56,367 bases of DNA, filler included, from Sphacelaria rigidula (GCA_964200075.2; 5 parts of 5 records of this genome joined end to end with filler, not necessarily neighbours in it), one strand, 5' to 3'. Shown: positions 24,774 to 37,519, counted from the whole stretch's first letter. Made by a program: numbers and translations. Notes: generated from the letters alone by a model not told the origin.

Positions 24774-27700
24774 CTGGAAAATAACAAGATAAAAAAGGGG
24801 ACGCAAGCTGTCCTGATGTCTCGCTCTTGGAGATCAAGTGGGAGAAAGTCCTCTGGCTTCCGATGAATCAATGAATCAATGAGTCAATGAGTCAATTAGT
24901 CAATGAGTCAATGAATCACTCGAAAACCCACTCTCTCACTCAACCAATCAATAGATGACACGACATGGTCATTATCGCGGTTGTACGCGCGCGCGCGGAC
25001 GGACTATCCCCTAAAGGTGACAAAAACACAAAACATCCGATGGGTCGGACGAATCGTCGCCGGTTCGCATCACCAACTCTACGATTTCTAAAACCCATCA
25101 ACTCTACGATTTCTGAAACCTGATTGCTCGAAAATCAGCAAAAAAAAATGACCACGAGCAAAGAAGTCACTTGGCAGATTTTGCGCTATTAGCCCTTAGG
25201 TTTGCGCTACCTGAGGCGCGACGCTGAAAACAAAGCCCAAGGATTGATCCGATCGATTTGATTCGTACGGTACGAATTAAATACACTAAAAAAAGTAAAT
25301 TTTGATAAAAATCACTGCAGGCCCGACCCTCACCTGTAAAACATTCGTAAACGGTGTTGGTGATGATTCTTCACGTTCATTTATTCAAAGCTAAGACACA
25401 TCGCATAATTCTCGAGATAATTTTGTTGCTGTTCATCGTGCTCACAGTAGTTTCGAGCTGAGCCAGGTGATTCTTCTAATTTTCTTGTTGGCGATTTTCA
25501 TTTTTATTTCGCGTGCGACCGCCTATCCCAGTGAACGTTTGATCCCGACGTTGGGCGTCGGTATAAAGTAGGCCTTAGCTCCACATTCCGAAACAAAATT
25601 CATATCTGCACTGTATATCGACCGACTTACGGGCTGACCGGTCCTCGGGGGCCTTGCGACTAATAGCCTCACGTTCTGACACTTGGGTATGTTCATGTTT
25701 GCTTCATTGAAGCATTCCCGATCATTCTCGTGAAAAAATGTGAATAAATTGTTTTCTCCCTAGATATCTACCTGTTCATTGCGCTAAAGCCGAAAAACAG
25801 TGTTTCTTGGAGCAATGACGGTCGATAACACCCCCTGATGAGCGAGGTCCTTCCTCCATGTCACCCCGACAACACCAACTTGAGGATTGTGTCCTGAGCA
25901 CCTACTGCTATATTTCCCACCATCTATCGATGCTAGGGCTTTCGAGTGCTCAGGAAGGATACAATACGAGAAAACTTAGAGAAATATCCATCTACGAAAA
26001 TTGTCAGGGGGTGTTATTGACCGTTTTTGGTCCAGAACACACAGATTTTCGGCTCTAGCGCGATGACTAGAATTTTAGAAAAAAAGTCACTTACATTTGT
26101 TCACGAGAACAATCGGGATTGCTCCAATCGAGCGAAGATACCCAAGGATCAAAACCTGGGGCTGGGTAGTCGCAGGACCCCCGAGGACCGGCTAGCCCGT
26201 AAGTCGTTAAATTTTGGGCGCGGAAATAATTTCCGTTTCGGAATGTGGCGCGGATGCCTAGTATCTCCCGGTTCCAAATTTTGGTATCAAACGTTCACTG
26301 GAATGCACGCGAGAACACGATTGAAAATCGCCAACTACGAAAATATTAGGAAAACCTACTAGTCCAGCTAGACACACTATTCTTCAACCGTACCGGGCTT
26401 ACTCGGAATGAATGAATGTGCTGCAAGGCTTCGATTATATCTCAGATCTCGTCCTCTATCCCGTGACCCCGGAATCAACAGAAACAGCGCGAAACAGTTA
26501 CATGTACCTGACAGCGCTACAGTACAAAGATGGCTCGGATAAGGTAGGGTCCGAGTGCCCTTATTCTGGAGTGCCAACACTCCAGGTACTCTGGAATACT
26601 CTGTATATCAGCCCCCTAGAACACTTGGTATTTGAGTACTCAACTATCTCCCGAGTACCACACCAAGTATCTTGGTACACGTCCAACAGGTAGGGTTGAC
26701 TCAAAAGTGAAATGAAATATCTTCGCGCGAAGCGCGATCATGGTTGAGCGCTCAAAATCGGCGCTCGCCAAAACTGACGACCCGTTCAAAATCGGGGGAA
26801 GAACTGAACATAGGACACGTCCTGTTTCACATTACGCGAGCTCAAAAACACTCACACCTTCTCTCATGTGCTACTGTAAAGCTGTCACTGTAGCGTGGCG
26901 TGTTCAGACATTTGCGAAGACAGTTTGGTCTCCGCTGATGCTGCCTGAGCTGCTTCATTGTCGTTGTGTTCGTCTCTATAAACAATAATGTTAGTCGGCC
27001 CGCAGCGCTGCTGCCTACACTCTGTGCTGAAACTTTATGATGTGTTGGCTGCTTCATCTTCCGTCGAACGAACAAGGCGCTGCCCACACCCATCACTTCT
27101 ATGCTCTAGTTATCGCTGTGCTGTGGTGCGTTGGAACCCTCTATGGACATGGTTAGAACTGCGCTGGAGAGTGCTTGAACTGCTGTGCTGTTGCCGTGTT
27201 CCGTTCTGTAGAGAACTGAGGTGGGACCAAAGTGCTGTCAATAAAAAGTTGGAAAAATCACGTGATGCCTGTGCAGCTGTTCATTGCGTGTTCGTCGGTA
27301 CTTCACTATACAGTCGGGTGCTGTGATCGGGAAAACCACACAAGGCGGGTGCCTGCAGGTCGGGGCAAACAAACTGAGGCAGCACGGACTCCTGTATCCT
27401 CAGCCATTGACCGTCGCAGGTGTCTGTCTCGCAGCGGCGTAACATGTGGGCAAATCGAAAACATTTTTCAAATCATATGCATACCATAGCTCTCCATGAG
27501 TAGTGCAAGGTCCTCTCACATTTTCGTTATAGTTAAAAGGTTCTGATTGGTCGAAAAATGTTCACACCTTGGACAATATATGGTCAATAGTTGCAATAAA
27601 CGAGAAGTGTACTGCATGAAGTATAGACCTGTTGCAATTATTGCTGGCCGACAATAGTCGCAATAGGCCTATACTCCATGCCGGAGGTTTCTTGTCTATT

Positions 27701-29175
27701 GCAACTATTGACCATATATTGTCCACGGTGTGAAAATTTTGCAACTCAATATTTTGCTCCTACCTGTGGGCCCTGTGCTAGTTTTGGGGGTATGGGTACT
27801 CAAGGTGCTCTGGAGTACCCGCATCCGCACACGTACACGTACTCGTACCCGTACCCGTACCCTAGATACCCTTGGTATGTTGAAAATGCCGCAGAGTGTT
27901 CTCACCTGCTGATCCTCGTAGAGCACGAGGCCGAACACAACCTCCGACAAGTCTAGCCCGGCCATTTCCACGCTATCCTTTCCCTCCAGCCCCAGCACAC
28001 TGCCGCTACCGTAGTCCACTTCAAACACCTTTGGTTCTCCCGCGTGCTCCCCTGTCTCGTGATTCTGTGGGATGAACGTCGTTGACCTAGCTCGCACAAA
28101 ATTGCCGAGGGGAACAAAGATAACACCGGGGTGGGTGCAAGGGTAGCTAGGAAACGCATGACACGCCAACAAAAAGGATCACCTATCGCACAAAACCGTA
28201 CCGAGACACAGAGGGCGAGAATATCGGTCATGCAGCAAAGTCCGCGTGCTGCACTTACAGACCCTGGACAATTGTATGCTCGATTCGAGGAAAAGTTGAA
28301 TTTCATGGGCTCTTCTGCGACTTTTTCTGGACGTTTTTTCCGTCGCTTTCGTGATCTTCTGGAACATAGCCCAAAACCGATGTCTTTGGAGCACCCTCAA
28401 GATAGACCCACGAACACCTACGGTAAGCAGAGGGTAGTCGCCACGAAGGACACGAATCCACCGGTTGACCGCCTTCCATCGATTTTTTCACATTTCTTTT
28501 TTCGTGGTTCTCGAGGCGTTTTGGAGAACCGCTCGGAACCAACATTTTCGCTGAGCCGACCAAGACGACACTATTTGCGCCTACAATGGCTAGCGGACCC
28601 AGCGCCAGTCGTGGTGACGAAGGGGATATACTCTGCGGACCTGATGCCACGATAAGGGGAGGGGGGGTGTTTGATTCCACAACAAAACAGGGGCCCCCAG
28701 GTGTGTGTGTCAAATGGCCTAAATACTCCTGGTTCGCCTGTCTTTGAGTGAAAACGATGTCAAGTGGTGTGAACGAGCTTGTCTTACTGGTAACAAGAGT
28801 GCTCGAACAAACGTTGCGGCTTTCAACGACGAGATTGGGGTAGAATTTCGTGGAAAAAATAGCCCAAAATACCCCCTCCTACACCGTAGCATCACTCTCC
28901 TTGAAAACACACACACATATAAACACGCAAAAATACGTACGTGGTGCCATCGAAGGTGTCGTGGTTGCCGCAGGCAGTGCACCCCATACCAGGGATCCAC
29001 AAGTCACTGGAGCCAGTATCCATGACAACAGAAAGATACTGTGGCGGCGTCCCGATACCCACGGTTCCTACGTACTGGTTGTTGTAGTAGTCTACCAGCG
29101 TCAGCAAACTCCCCTTAGACTTGTCCGAATCCTCTTCGTCTTCACCCCCCTCCATGCCCGTTCCGAGCACGTCCC
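24622..29175 (-). CDS. Pepsin-family (peptidase A1) aspartic protease, partial (3 exons)
   Basis: Exons ~29175-28941, 28086-27906 and 24773-24622 join in frame. Motifs YYNNQYVGTVGIGTPPQ, first catalytic DTGSSDLW, flap DYGSGSV, DGIAGLGF and FSVYL. Confidence 0.92.
24863..24918. repeat. 8-bp tandem repeat (caatgart) x ~7
   Basis: Directly visible in the sequence. Confidence 0.9.
25450..26375. mobile_element. Diverged long-TIR foldback element (~0.9 kb, ~290-bp arms)
   Basis: Inverted matches: cgacttacgggctgaccggtcctcggggg / cccccgaggaccggctagcccgtaagtcg; ccacattccgaaac / gtttcggaatgtgg; cagtgaacgtttgat / atcaaacgttcactg; ttggcgattttca / tgaaaatcgccaa. Confidence 0.75.
27563..27732. mobile_element. 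MITE-C, 170-bp full-length palindrome with 8-bp TSD
   Basis: Ends cacaccttggacaatatatggtcaatagttgcaata / tattgcaactattgaccatatattgtccacggtgtg. Flanks aaaatgtt and aaaatttt. Confidence 0.88.
27906..28086 (-). CDS. Aspartic protease exon (STTF...DYGSGSV...EDQQ)
   Basis: ctag| acceptor, |gtgaga donor; phases match neighbouring exons. Confidence 0.9.
28941..29175 (-). CDS. Aspartic protease exon with first catalytic Asp (DTGSS)
   Basis: Donor |gtacgt is clear. The acceptor cacaag| at 29176 is the most plausible but less certain. Confidence 0.85.
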
Positions 29176-29176
29176 C

Positions 29177-29380
29177 TTGTGCACAAACATTTCGGCCACC
29201 GGGCGGGCGGGAGAAAGGGGGGGCGTACTCATGATCTTGCATGCCGTAGACATATGACCATTAACCTCGCATCCCTACGGAGCCGGGACGGAGCATGCCG
29301 GGTTTTCGCCGGAGCAGGCTCGGTTCAAGTCAACAACCATGATGACCCGTCGTGAGTCCTCGGTTGAAAGCGCCGTATGC
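29177..29380 (-). repeat. Repeat B, 3' part
   Basis: Matches 3760-3890 and 49780-49985. Confidence 0.75.
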
Positions 29381-31916
29381 ATGACACTAGTGACTCCTGA
29401 TCTAATATAAACAATAGTTTCGTGAGATTGAGAGTAGAGAACACTATTGAAATTGAAAAGCGGTCAATTGGTGAATGAATCATTTCAGTTCCGAAATGCC
29501 CCTCCACGAGGCCCGATATGCTTTCAGCTCACCACTGAGGCCCTTGATATCCCTGAGTAGGATATCGACGTGTCGCTGCAAGCACACGCTAGTGATGGAG
29601 GCCAAGAAAAGCACACACGGAATGAAAAATTGGCTGGGTGGAAGCGAATGACCAAAGCCACTCTCCATGTCACGGAAACGTTGTTGATAATGGCCATCTT
29701 TTTCATTAGTTATACACGGGGGCAATCCGGTTGAATGTATTTCGCGACTTGTCAAACTCTACGGACGTAGTAGATCGAGAGAAACTTTGGGAACGAAATT
29801 CGCACCGGAGCTGTCCTTCTGCCGCAAAAACTGCCGGACGCTAACTCTGTACACGTAAGAGACGCACCTCTTCATGAAAGTAACAACATCATCAAAATGC
29901 TTGCAGCGTGATGCAAACTACAAAAATCCTTACTGCCTGTACTTCGTGCACAGCCGCGATGCTGCATACGCTCCTTGTTCATCTCAAGAAACAGAATTGT
30001 GGGGGTAGGTGGGGCACGGAGATGCTAGTAGGGCCGGCTGAGACAGAGACATGCACATAATGAACAATGATCTTCATTACACCACTTCTGTACGCGGATG
30101 GATGTCCAATGAAGTGCGCAGCATATGTTGCATATGACACGGCTCAGAAATAAATGTGAGATGCGGTTTAGTATGCCAAATTATCGAAAAGCGGGGCACA
30201 GCAAATGCAGTAGTAGAGCTCATCTCTGCTGCGTCACGACAGAGGGAGCATAGAGAGCGCGGTGTGATTAATTGCCTCTGTACCAGCTTTGATAGGACGC
30301 AAGCTCCGCCGACGTACATTCCGTCTCGTTTGGGGCAGTCTCTTCACCTCTTTACAGGATAAGGAGTAGGTACGAGAGGACTGAATATGAGTCAGAGTCA
30401 ATATCCAGATCACAGTCTCGTGGGGGAGAACGTTGGTAAAGTCATGCTCCAGTAAAAGGTTGTTTTAGAGGAAGCTGACACGCATGTGTATCAAAGGTTG
30501 CATCAAGTAATTGCATTTATATTTTCCTCTCATAGAGCGGAAACTGACTCTGTTCATAGCTTCGCGATGTTGCAGAAGACACACGGGAATTGGCACAGAA
30601 GAACAAGAACGAGACCACTCGCAACGAGATGATAACTGTCGGAAGTAACCGATACATTACTTCGCAAAACCCTCCCCCGCCAAACTCCCCTATGCCAACG
30701 CGCACATGTCTAGGTGAGGTTGAGGATGTAGTATGCAGTATTAACGCACTTCCGTTGTGCCGTACGGCGTGCTGCGCTTGTAGTGTAACCAATTTTAACC
30801 GCACTTGTTACACATGTAAAACATATTATCCATGGGACTCATCGCACATGCCTTACTGCGACGTCATCAACCCTCTCCGTTCTTGCCTCACGAGCCCGCA
30901 ATATTGGACCCTTCATTTCTTCGCCACATGTACTCTCGTGACCGCCAAGGGGGTAGACTACGGCTGCGGTGCATCTTTACAACACACAAGCTAGTACGGC
31001 AGTACAGGGTGCGGAAGATGTTGAGAATCTCGTAGTTGCGGATGTCAGATTTTTTTTCAGTCAAGAATTTGCAGGTGAGCACTTACTCGGGGGGGGGGGG
31101 ATGAGAAATATAAATCGGAAAGTGCAAGGGGGTCAGCAGGTGAGAATCTGCCAGAATACACTGCACCTAAAAAAAAAACTGCCCATACAACCTCCGATGC
31201 CATGCCAGGCCCCAACCCAATCTGCCTCCTCTCCAAAACTGGTAACCAACATCTCTACAGAGACACCCCGTGGATGATGACAATCTGCACAAAACTCATG
31301 TTCGTATCGTCTGTGGAAGTGCTCAGTACGGGAGGCACCACCGTTTGCGCGCTGTCGGCGCTGTCGCTGAAATTTCGGCCGCATGCCATGTAAACCAGTC
31401 AATAAGCTCATCTCACTGAAATTGGGGTTGCGCGTTGCAGCAGTGCGCAACAAGGTGAAGAAAGGTCAGATAGTGTTTGGCACAAGACTGGTGTACGTAA
31501 TTGTTGCTGCTGGTATACAGTGCAGTACCTGCAGATCCTTGGAGCAGAGGAAAGGAGTAGGAGTGCCTCGGCCTGCACGACCGCACTGCATCGTGTCGTT
31601 TGACCTACAATGGTGAGGGCCCGTGGCGCTGAATCTACACCACGATGCCTTGCGGGACCAGGAGACTATTTCGGAGTTGAAATCTAAAGGCGGGGTCCGG
31701 AGCGACAAATCTTGCTACTCAAGGGACATCTCAAGATCTCACTGGTGCCTCTAGCTTCGAGGGGATGCGCATGTCGTTGCAGCTGAGAGGCGCATTGGTG
31801 CTATATCAGAAGAACACGACGCAGACGTCGACGGCAAGGTCTCCGAGACACTCAACACCAGCGACTGCGTGGAAGCTGTGCGGGGCTCTGCAACAACTCT
31901 GGACCACCAACCCTTC

Positions 31917-32172
31917 CAAGGGTCGGACGAATAATGATTCGTCTGAAAATTACTTGGTTTTAGTATCATCAGTCGACTCGTGACGAATCAATCCTCAGGC
32001 TTTATTTCAGCGTTGCAACCCAGATTTAAGCAGCCCGGACACGTGGAATGGCGCAAACGTTGCGTGGATACCCCTTGGACCGGCGATCATTTTTTTTCTC
32101 CCTTTTGGACAATCAGGCCGAAGAAATCGTGGATTTGGTGATTTTGAGTCGTGATGATTTTTCCTAACCGTG
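31917..32172 (+). mobile_element. MITE-A, 256 bp, 8-bp TSD
   Basis: Colinear with 5150-5408. Flanks aacccttc and aacccttt. Confidence 0.88.
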
Positions 32173-32259
32173 AACCCTTTGGTCTGCCTCCAGCAGCTAG
32201 GGGAAAGGTCTTGCCGCCAAGTCAGGATCCGCAGCAGGTAGCAAGCCAGTCAACCAAGG

Positions 32260-33270
32260 CACCACGGGACGGGAAACGGGGTGGGGTGCCGATTGCCCAA
32301 CGACAAGAGCCGAAGTACCGGCGGTTTCGGCTAAACGAACGCTCCAACTCTGACCAGGCGCCCCGGTGCGCGATCATTTTGGAGGCGTCGGTAAGCGGAT
32401 CCCGAAGGTGGAGAAGAAGGCGTATTACCCTTCCGTGGACGTTTTCTTGCAGAAGAACTGCGTGGACGGACAGCGAGTTTTGCATGTCGTGGGCTAAGAA
32501 CTGTTTTCGCAAGAGCCTCACACGAGGGCGGGATGAGGATGAGGAGCCCGCTGAGGAATCGCTGCTGACTTCGGATAGCTCGAACGTACAGAAAACGGGC
32601 ATGCTCAAAGCATACATGAAAAAGGGGTGCAGCTCGCTGTTGTGGGTTTACCCTGGAGGGTGGACGGACGCATTGCAGCCCATCGATGGAGGCCTTCGAG
32701 CACTCATCGAGGCCTGTAATAGGTTGAAAAGCAACGCGACTTATGGCTTGAGAACGGGGACAACCTGGAACGGTGAAAGAGCCACTAGCTGACTGCGCAT
32801 CTGATCGACGCGTCTTGCTCACCAGGTGGGTCGCAACAGCTGTGAATATCGTCGACAACCGTCCTGGCTACAGATTCCGCCTGTTCGATAAGACGGGCCC
32901 TGATGACGAAGGGCGGGACTGGTGACGATCGAAGCAATCTGGAGGGGTTGACGGAACCTTCGGCAATCATGTACGATGGGAGTGAGGACGAGGCGGCGGG
33001 GGCTGGGGAGAGAAGCTGGGAGGGAAAAGACGGGCAAGGAGTTCACAGGGACAGTGCTGGGGATATCCGCGAGGGGGGAGGGGGAAGTTGTTGATGGGAG
33101 TGGAGAAGGAACAGTTGGGGCAGGCAGCGGGGAAAAAAAACAAGCAAGACGGGAGCAGGGCGAGGGCAGCGGGGGGCAAGGGGAGAGGGGACGAGGACAG
33201 TAAGGACGAGGATGGGGACATGAGAAGGTGGAGGACAACGAGGAGAAAGACGAGGACAACGTGGAACAAG
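32260..33270 (+). pseudogene. Decayed pogo/Tigger-type (DDE_1, Tc1/mariner superfamily) transposase
   Basis: Read across frameshifts: GKRIPKVEKKAYYPSVDVFLQKN/AWTDSEFCMSW...LLTSD...PGGWTDALQPIDGG...DLWLENGDNLER*...SDRRVLLTRWVATAV...RLFDKTG, then an acidic/Gly-rich tail. In-frame stops present. Confidence 0.8.
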
Positions 33271-33782
33271 GGGGTAGAAAACAGGACTTCGTGTGCGTTA
33301 TTACTTCTGATCTCGTTTGCTTCAGCGCTTGTGGGTGTTTCGTGCGGACATGGCGAGACGGTTCGTGACTTACGACTTTACAGTATGGGTTTTTTCTCGG
33401 GAATCTTCCCAGATTTTGACCCTTGAACCAAGGGAAATATGAACCGGTTCCATTGTCGTTTGCGCCAACACTCTCACGAGCTGGCGTTCAGGTGTCTCTG
33501 ATGACGGGAAAGACCCGCTAACTATGTTGAACGACGAAGACGATCTGTCACCGGAGGATGAGTCGATCGGGAAGGTGGTTCCGGATGACTTTCGCCTTCA
33601 ACAACCGAGACTAGCTGCTCTAGATAATTCCTTACTGAAACGTGGAATGTTGGTGAGACGAAGCAAGGGGTAGCTTGGTCTGATCACCGTAATTGTGCGA
33701 GTCATCGCACACCCCCTGGACCGAATTTCGAAGCTCGCGCTCTTAAGGACGATTAGGGGGCCAATACCAAACCACGTGAGGT

Positions 33783-33882
33783 NNNNNNNNNNNNNNNNNN
33801 NNNNNNNNNNNNNNNNNNNNNNNNNNTTAATTAATTAANNNNNNNNNNNNNNNNNNNNNNNNNNNNNNNNNNNNNNNNNNNN
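33783..33882. other. Artificial scaffold linker
   Basis: N44-TTAATTAATTAA-N44. Confidence 0.98.
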
Positions 33883-34035
33883 CGAAGCCCCACCAAAACA
33901 AACCGCAGTTGGACAAAGAGGCGGAGGAGGTCGAAGAATACCACCCCCCCCCCCCCCCCCCCCCCCCGAAAAACCGAAACATAGAAGAATATATAGATTT
34001 AGATTATTATATATACATACCCAGCGCATGCTCAC

Positions 34036-34241
34036 CGTGCATATCTCGATCGCATCGAATATGGCCCAAGCTCTTTCGTTATCCTCCAGAGACCTCTCCG
34101 TGCTGAGCATGAAACACACCACGTTCACGATGATGAGCAGCACGGTGATAGCTTCCAGCACCATGCCGGCCTTGTTATTGGCCTCCAGTATGTCGTACAG
34201 CCGACGCCGGAACGTCGGCGCGGGCTCCACATCCCTATCGC
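34036..34241 (-). CDS. Internal exon of an ion transport (6TM voltage-gated K+ channel-like) protein, S1 to start of S2
   Basis: ccgcag| acceptor, |gtgagc donor. FRRRLYDILE followed by hydrophobic AITVLLIIVNVVCFMLSTE, then FDAIEICT; matches the Ion_trans S1/S2 pattern. Confidence 0.75.
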
Positions 34242-34373
34242 CTGCGGTCACATGTGTTTCCTCACTGTATTAGCCCCCTTACATCCGGATCGGACGTCGA
34301 ACGACACAAGATTCTCCAGGCCATAATACATACAAACGTCACTCCGAGTGAAAATGACGAATTAAGAAACATG

Positions 34374-34632
34374 TACACGTCGGAGAGATCGTGATCCGTA
34401 TAAAACAACCAATCAAGGAAGAGTCTCGAATCCGTTGGTCCAAAAACAAAAAATATGTGACCGCGGAGTCAGAGCAACCAAAGCACAACATTTGCGCCAC
34501 TCGGCGTGCTCGGCGTCCGGCGCGGTGAGGAACGAACATGGAAAAGTAGGGTCAGAAGATCCGGATCATGATCCGGATCAGTATACTGAGAAGCAGTAAT
34601 TTTCAGACGAATCATGATCTGTCCGACCTGTG
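34374..34632 (-). mobile_element. MITE-B copy (259 bp)
   Basis: Inverted relative to 55823-56075. TIR cacacgtcggacagatcatgat-like. Flanks gaaacatg and ttcacatg (decayed TSD). Confidence 0.82.
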
Positions 34633-37519
34633 TTCACATGCACACTTACATACAAGTGTAGAAAATGACAAAAAAAGGTGTACGCATAGTATTTTGGAAA
34701 GAAGAAAGAAATGTATGGCGCAGTGATACCTTCAAACCCAAGCTTCGTTGGGATTGAAGCGAGCAGTTATGAGCGCCTCACGATGGAAGTGAACACGGGC
34801 AAGCAAAGCTCATAACCCCTCGCCAGCAAACCAGTCCATTTGAGTACAAGTATGCCGAAGCATCACTTTTTGTTTCTCCTTTACAAACCCTCCCCTTCCT
34901 CGGGGGATGAGCCCGCAGTTTCAAGGGATGAACCTCTCTGCCCCCCCGTACACGTCGTATATTTTGGTGTCGCGGATTGGACTATGACCAAATGCTCCGG
35001 TACGGCATCGACTGACGTGTAACAAACTCAGTCAAACATAGCTTTTTTCCTAGACACGCTCTCTAACAACATTTCGCTCGGTCGAAAAAGTGCGGTGGAA
35101 AATGAATATTTCGATCTGATAAGTCTACCGCATTTCTGTTCCTACCTGGTTTCAATTATTTTTATAATGATTAGTGGCGCCTGGACAGGAGGAAAAATAT
35201 GCCCAAGTTAAGCTTTCCCTCACATGCGGAGAAAAGACACGAACGGGCACTTGACGCCTACCTTGTATACCTCCACGCAAAATAGCACCCGTTTACAAAA
35301 CCATGCAAACCCCAACAATTCACTCTCAGCCACTACCGCAACCCTGCAGTGCAGAGCACGAGTTGAGCATAGGGATAAATACACGTGTAGTGTAGTTGGG
35401 TATCATTTGCTTATTTTTTGTTGACGAAAACTTGAGCATCTCCTCTCGTAGTACGTTGGGGTCGGCGACAGATTTGCGTGGTAGAGTTGGCGACCGACTT
35501 CTTCCGGACAACTGCATGCAGTACCACCGCGCGCTTTTTTTTTCACCGAAAATGTGCGGTGGACAAGGGAATTTTCTGTCTTCCGCCGCACTTTTTCGAT
35601 CGAAAAAATGACTTTCCAAGACAGGGTCTACCAAAAAACTACGCAGAAACAAAATTGCATGAAACCGACGACATTTCTACAGCACCATTATTAAGACAGT
35701 CCGACGAAAGTGACCGGACCACAGAGCGCATGCACGCATCTCAATGGTTGTATTGCAGACATGCTTTCTTCGTCCTCCGGGACGTCTATGGGTCCCGATC
35801 TGAGCAGAAACGGGATGAACCAAAAGTCAACGTCCAGAGAATCGGGGAATCGATCTAGTTTCCTCGCAGCTAGCCGGAAAACATTGTCCAAAGGACCGGG
35901 GTCCCAAAACTCGTTTCACGGGAGAAAATCGCCTGCAGACGGGCTGAAATCCTCATGTTTGTACGGATACGGATTGGTTGCCATAAAAAATTGTCCAAGG
36001 CCCCGTCATATCAAAGGTATCTCAAGCTCGAGGCTCCCGGTATATGCAACCCTTTGATCGCGAGCGTAGACCATCTGTTGAATCGTTACCAATGAATTTT
36101 ACTTGAAAAATTACTGCATAATCAGACGGACGACCCATCCTCGCGGTCAGAGGATGAACAGTATATACTATTGAATATACCGGGAACCTCGAGTTTGAGA
36201 TATTGTAATGCGTGTGCGGACCGCGAGCTTTCTGGACCGCATCGGAGTTCAAAACACCCCGGGACCGACGTTTTCCAAGACCGCTAGGGCCAGCCAGTCC
36301 CTGCAGAGACTGCGCCCTTGACCCTAACCCTAGCTCGAACCGTAGGGGTGTTCAACTCTTAGACAGCGACCCCCCCGTAGGTGGACTGAGTTGGACTACG
36401 CCATATTTGGGATTCAGAACAGCTCCTTCCTCGCTACACCAAACACCTTTTTCATAATCATGTGGATGCTAGGCATCTGCATGGATAGAAAATAGTCCCG
36501 GGAGAACCACTGACCGGTTATGACTGCGCGGTCTGTAGCGTGCAGAGTCAGCATGTGAGCGGTATGCCTTCGCTGGATACAACGGCAAAAAACATTCACA
36601 GTGCCATTGCCTTCCACTCAACACAATCCATTGCATGCTGCTAATGCCTCTGCGTCGTGTTCCACAACGACACTACAGTGTGAAGCTATGCCGGCAACAC
36701 ATGAGGCGTCAGACACGCGGAACAGACAACGAGAAGAGTACGACACACATTGTTTGTACCCACGTTATCAGTGGTTCAATTGCCATGACTAAAGTGAGAA
36801 ACACCGCTAGACAGCGAGGTAGTCCACCTGTATTCCACTTGTAGGGAAACTACGTGCTCATTTTGACGGCCGTGATTGGCCAGAACAGTTCTGGAACAGT
36901 CATTACGCGCCTCTCGGGCCTTGTTCCTTTTAAACCATCTTTTATCGCAGTCACCAATCTCGATTTTTTCGAGTATCGGGAGAAAAAGAATGGGGGAATG
37001 CATTTTATGGACATCGATTTGGACCAAATCGGGCGACAAAAACGGGGAGTCACGATCTCGGAACGATTTCCCCCGATTTGTTTCCTTTCGTTCGAGATCG
37101 CGAATTCCCCCGATTTTTCTCATTTGACGTACGTGCACTGATATACAATAGTAGGGTACGAGGCGTCTGATATCTTGCAACGGCGTCTGAAGCAGCTTCG
37201 CACGGGGTTTGACAAGCGAACAAGCGCTGACGCCGTACCCTGCGGCGATAGTAATATATTATGCTGCGCTGCGCTGCCATATGTATCACTATAACGAACG
37301 CCACTGTACTCTCCTAGTATGTTGTCGCTGTACTTGAGCGGTGATGTACGGCACTGCACTACTGCACTCTGCTCGCGCACTGCTTGTTCGCTGTTCTCGA
37401 GATACCGACTGTGCCATCATGTACTAACGCACGGCATTATCATGTACTGTACTGATGGAGTGTCTTGCGCTATTTTAACCTGGGGTACAAAGGTATGACA
37501 ATGTACTCAAGGGGTTAGT

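Noticed and set aside
28892-29242. MQDHEY as the protease N-terminus
   Set aside because: These codons come from repeat B (the same peptide appears in the helicase intron at ~49863), and there is no signal peptide.
31917-32172. MITE-A left end as the TIR of the adjacent pogo transposase
   Set aside because: The element closes at 32172 with its own right TIR and an 8-bp TSD; pogo elements duplicate TA.
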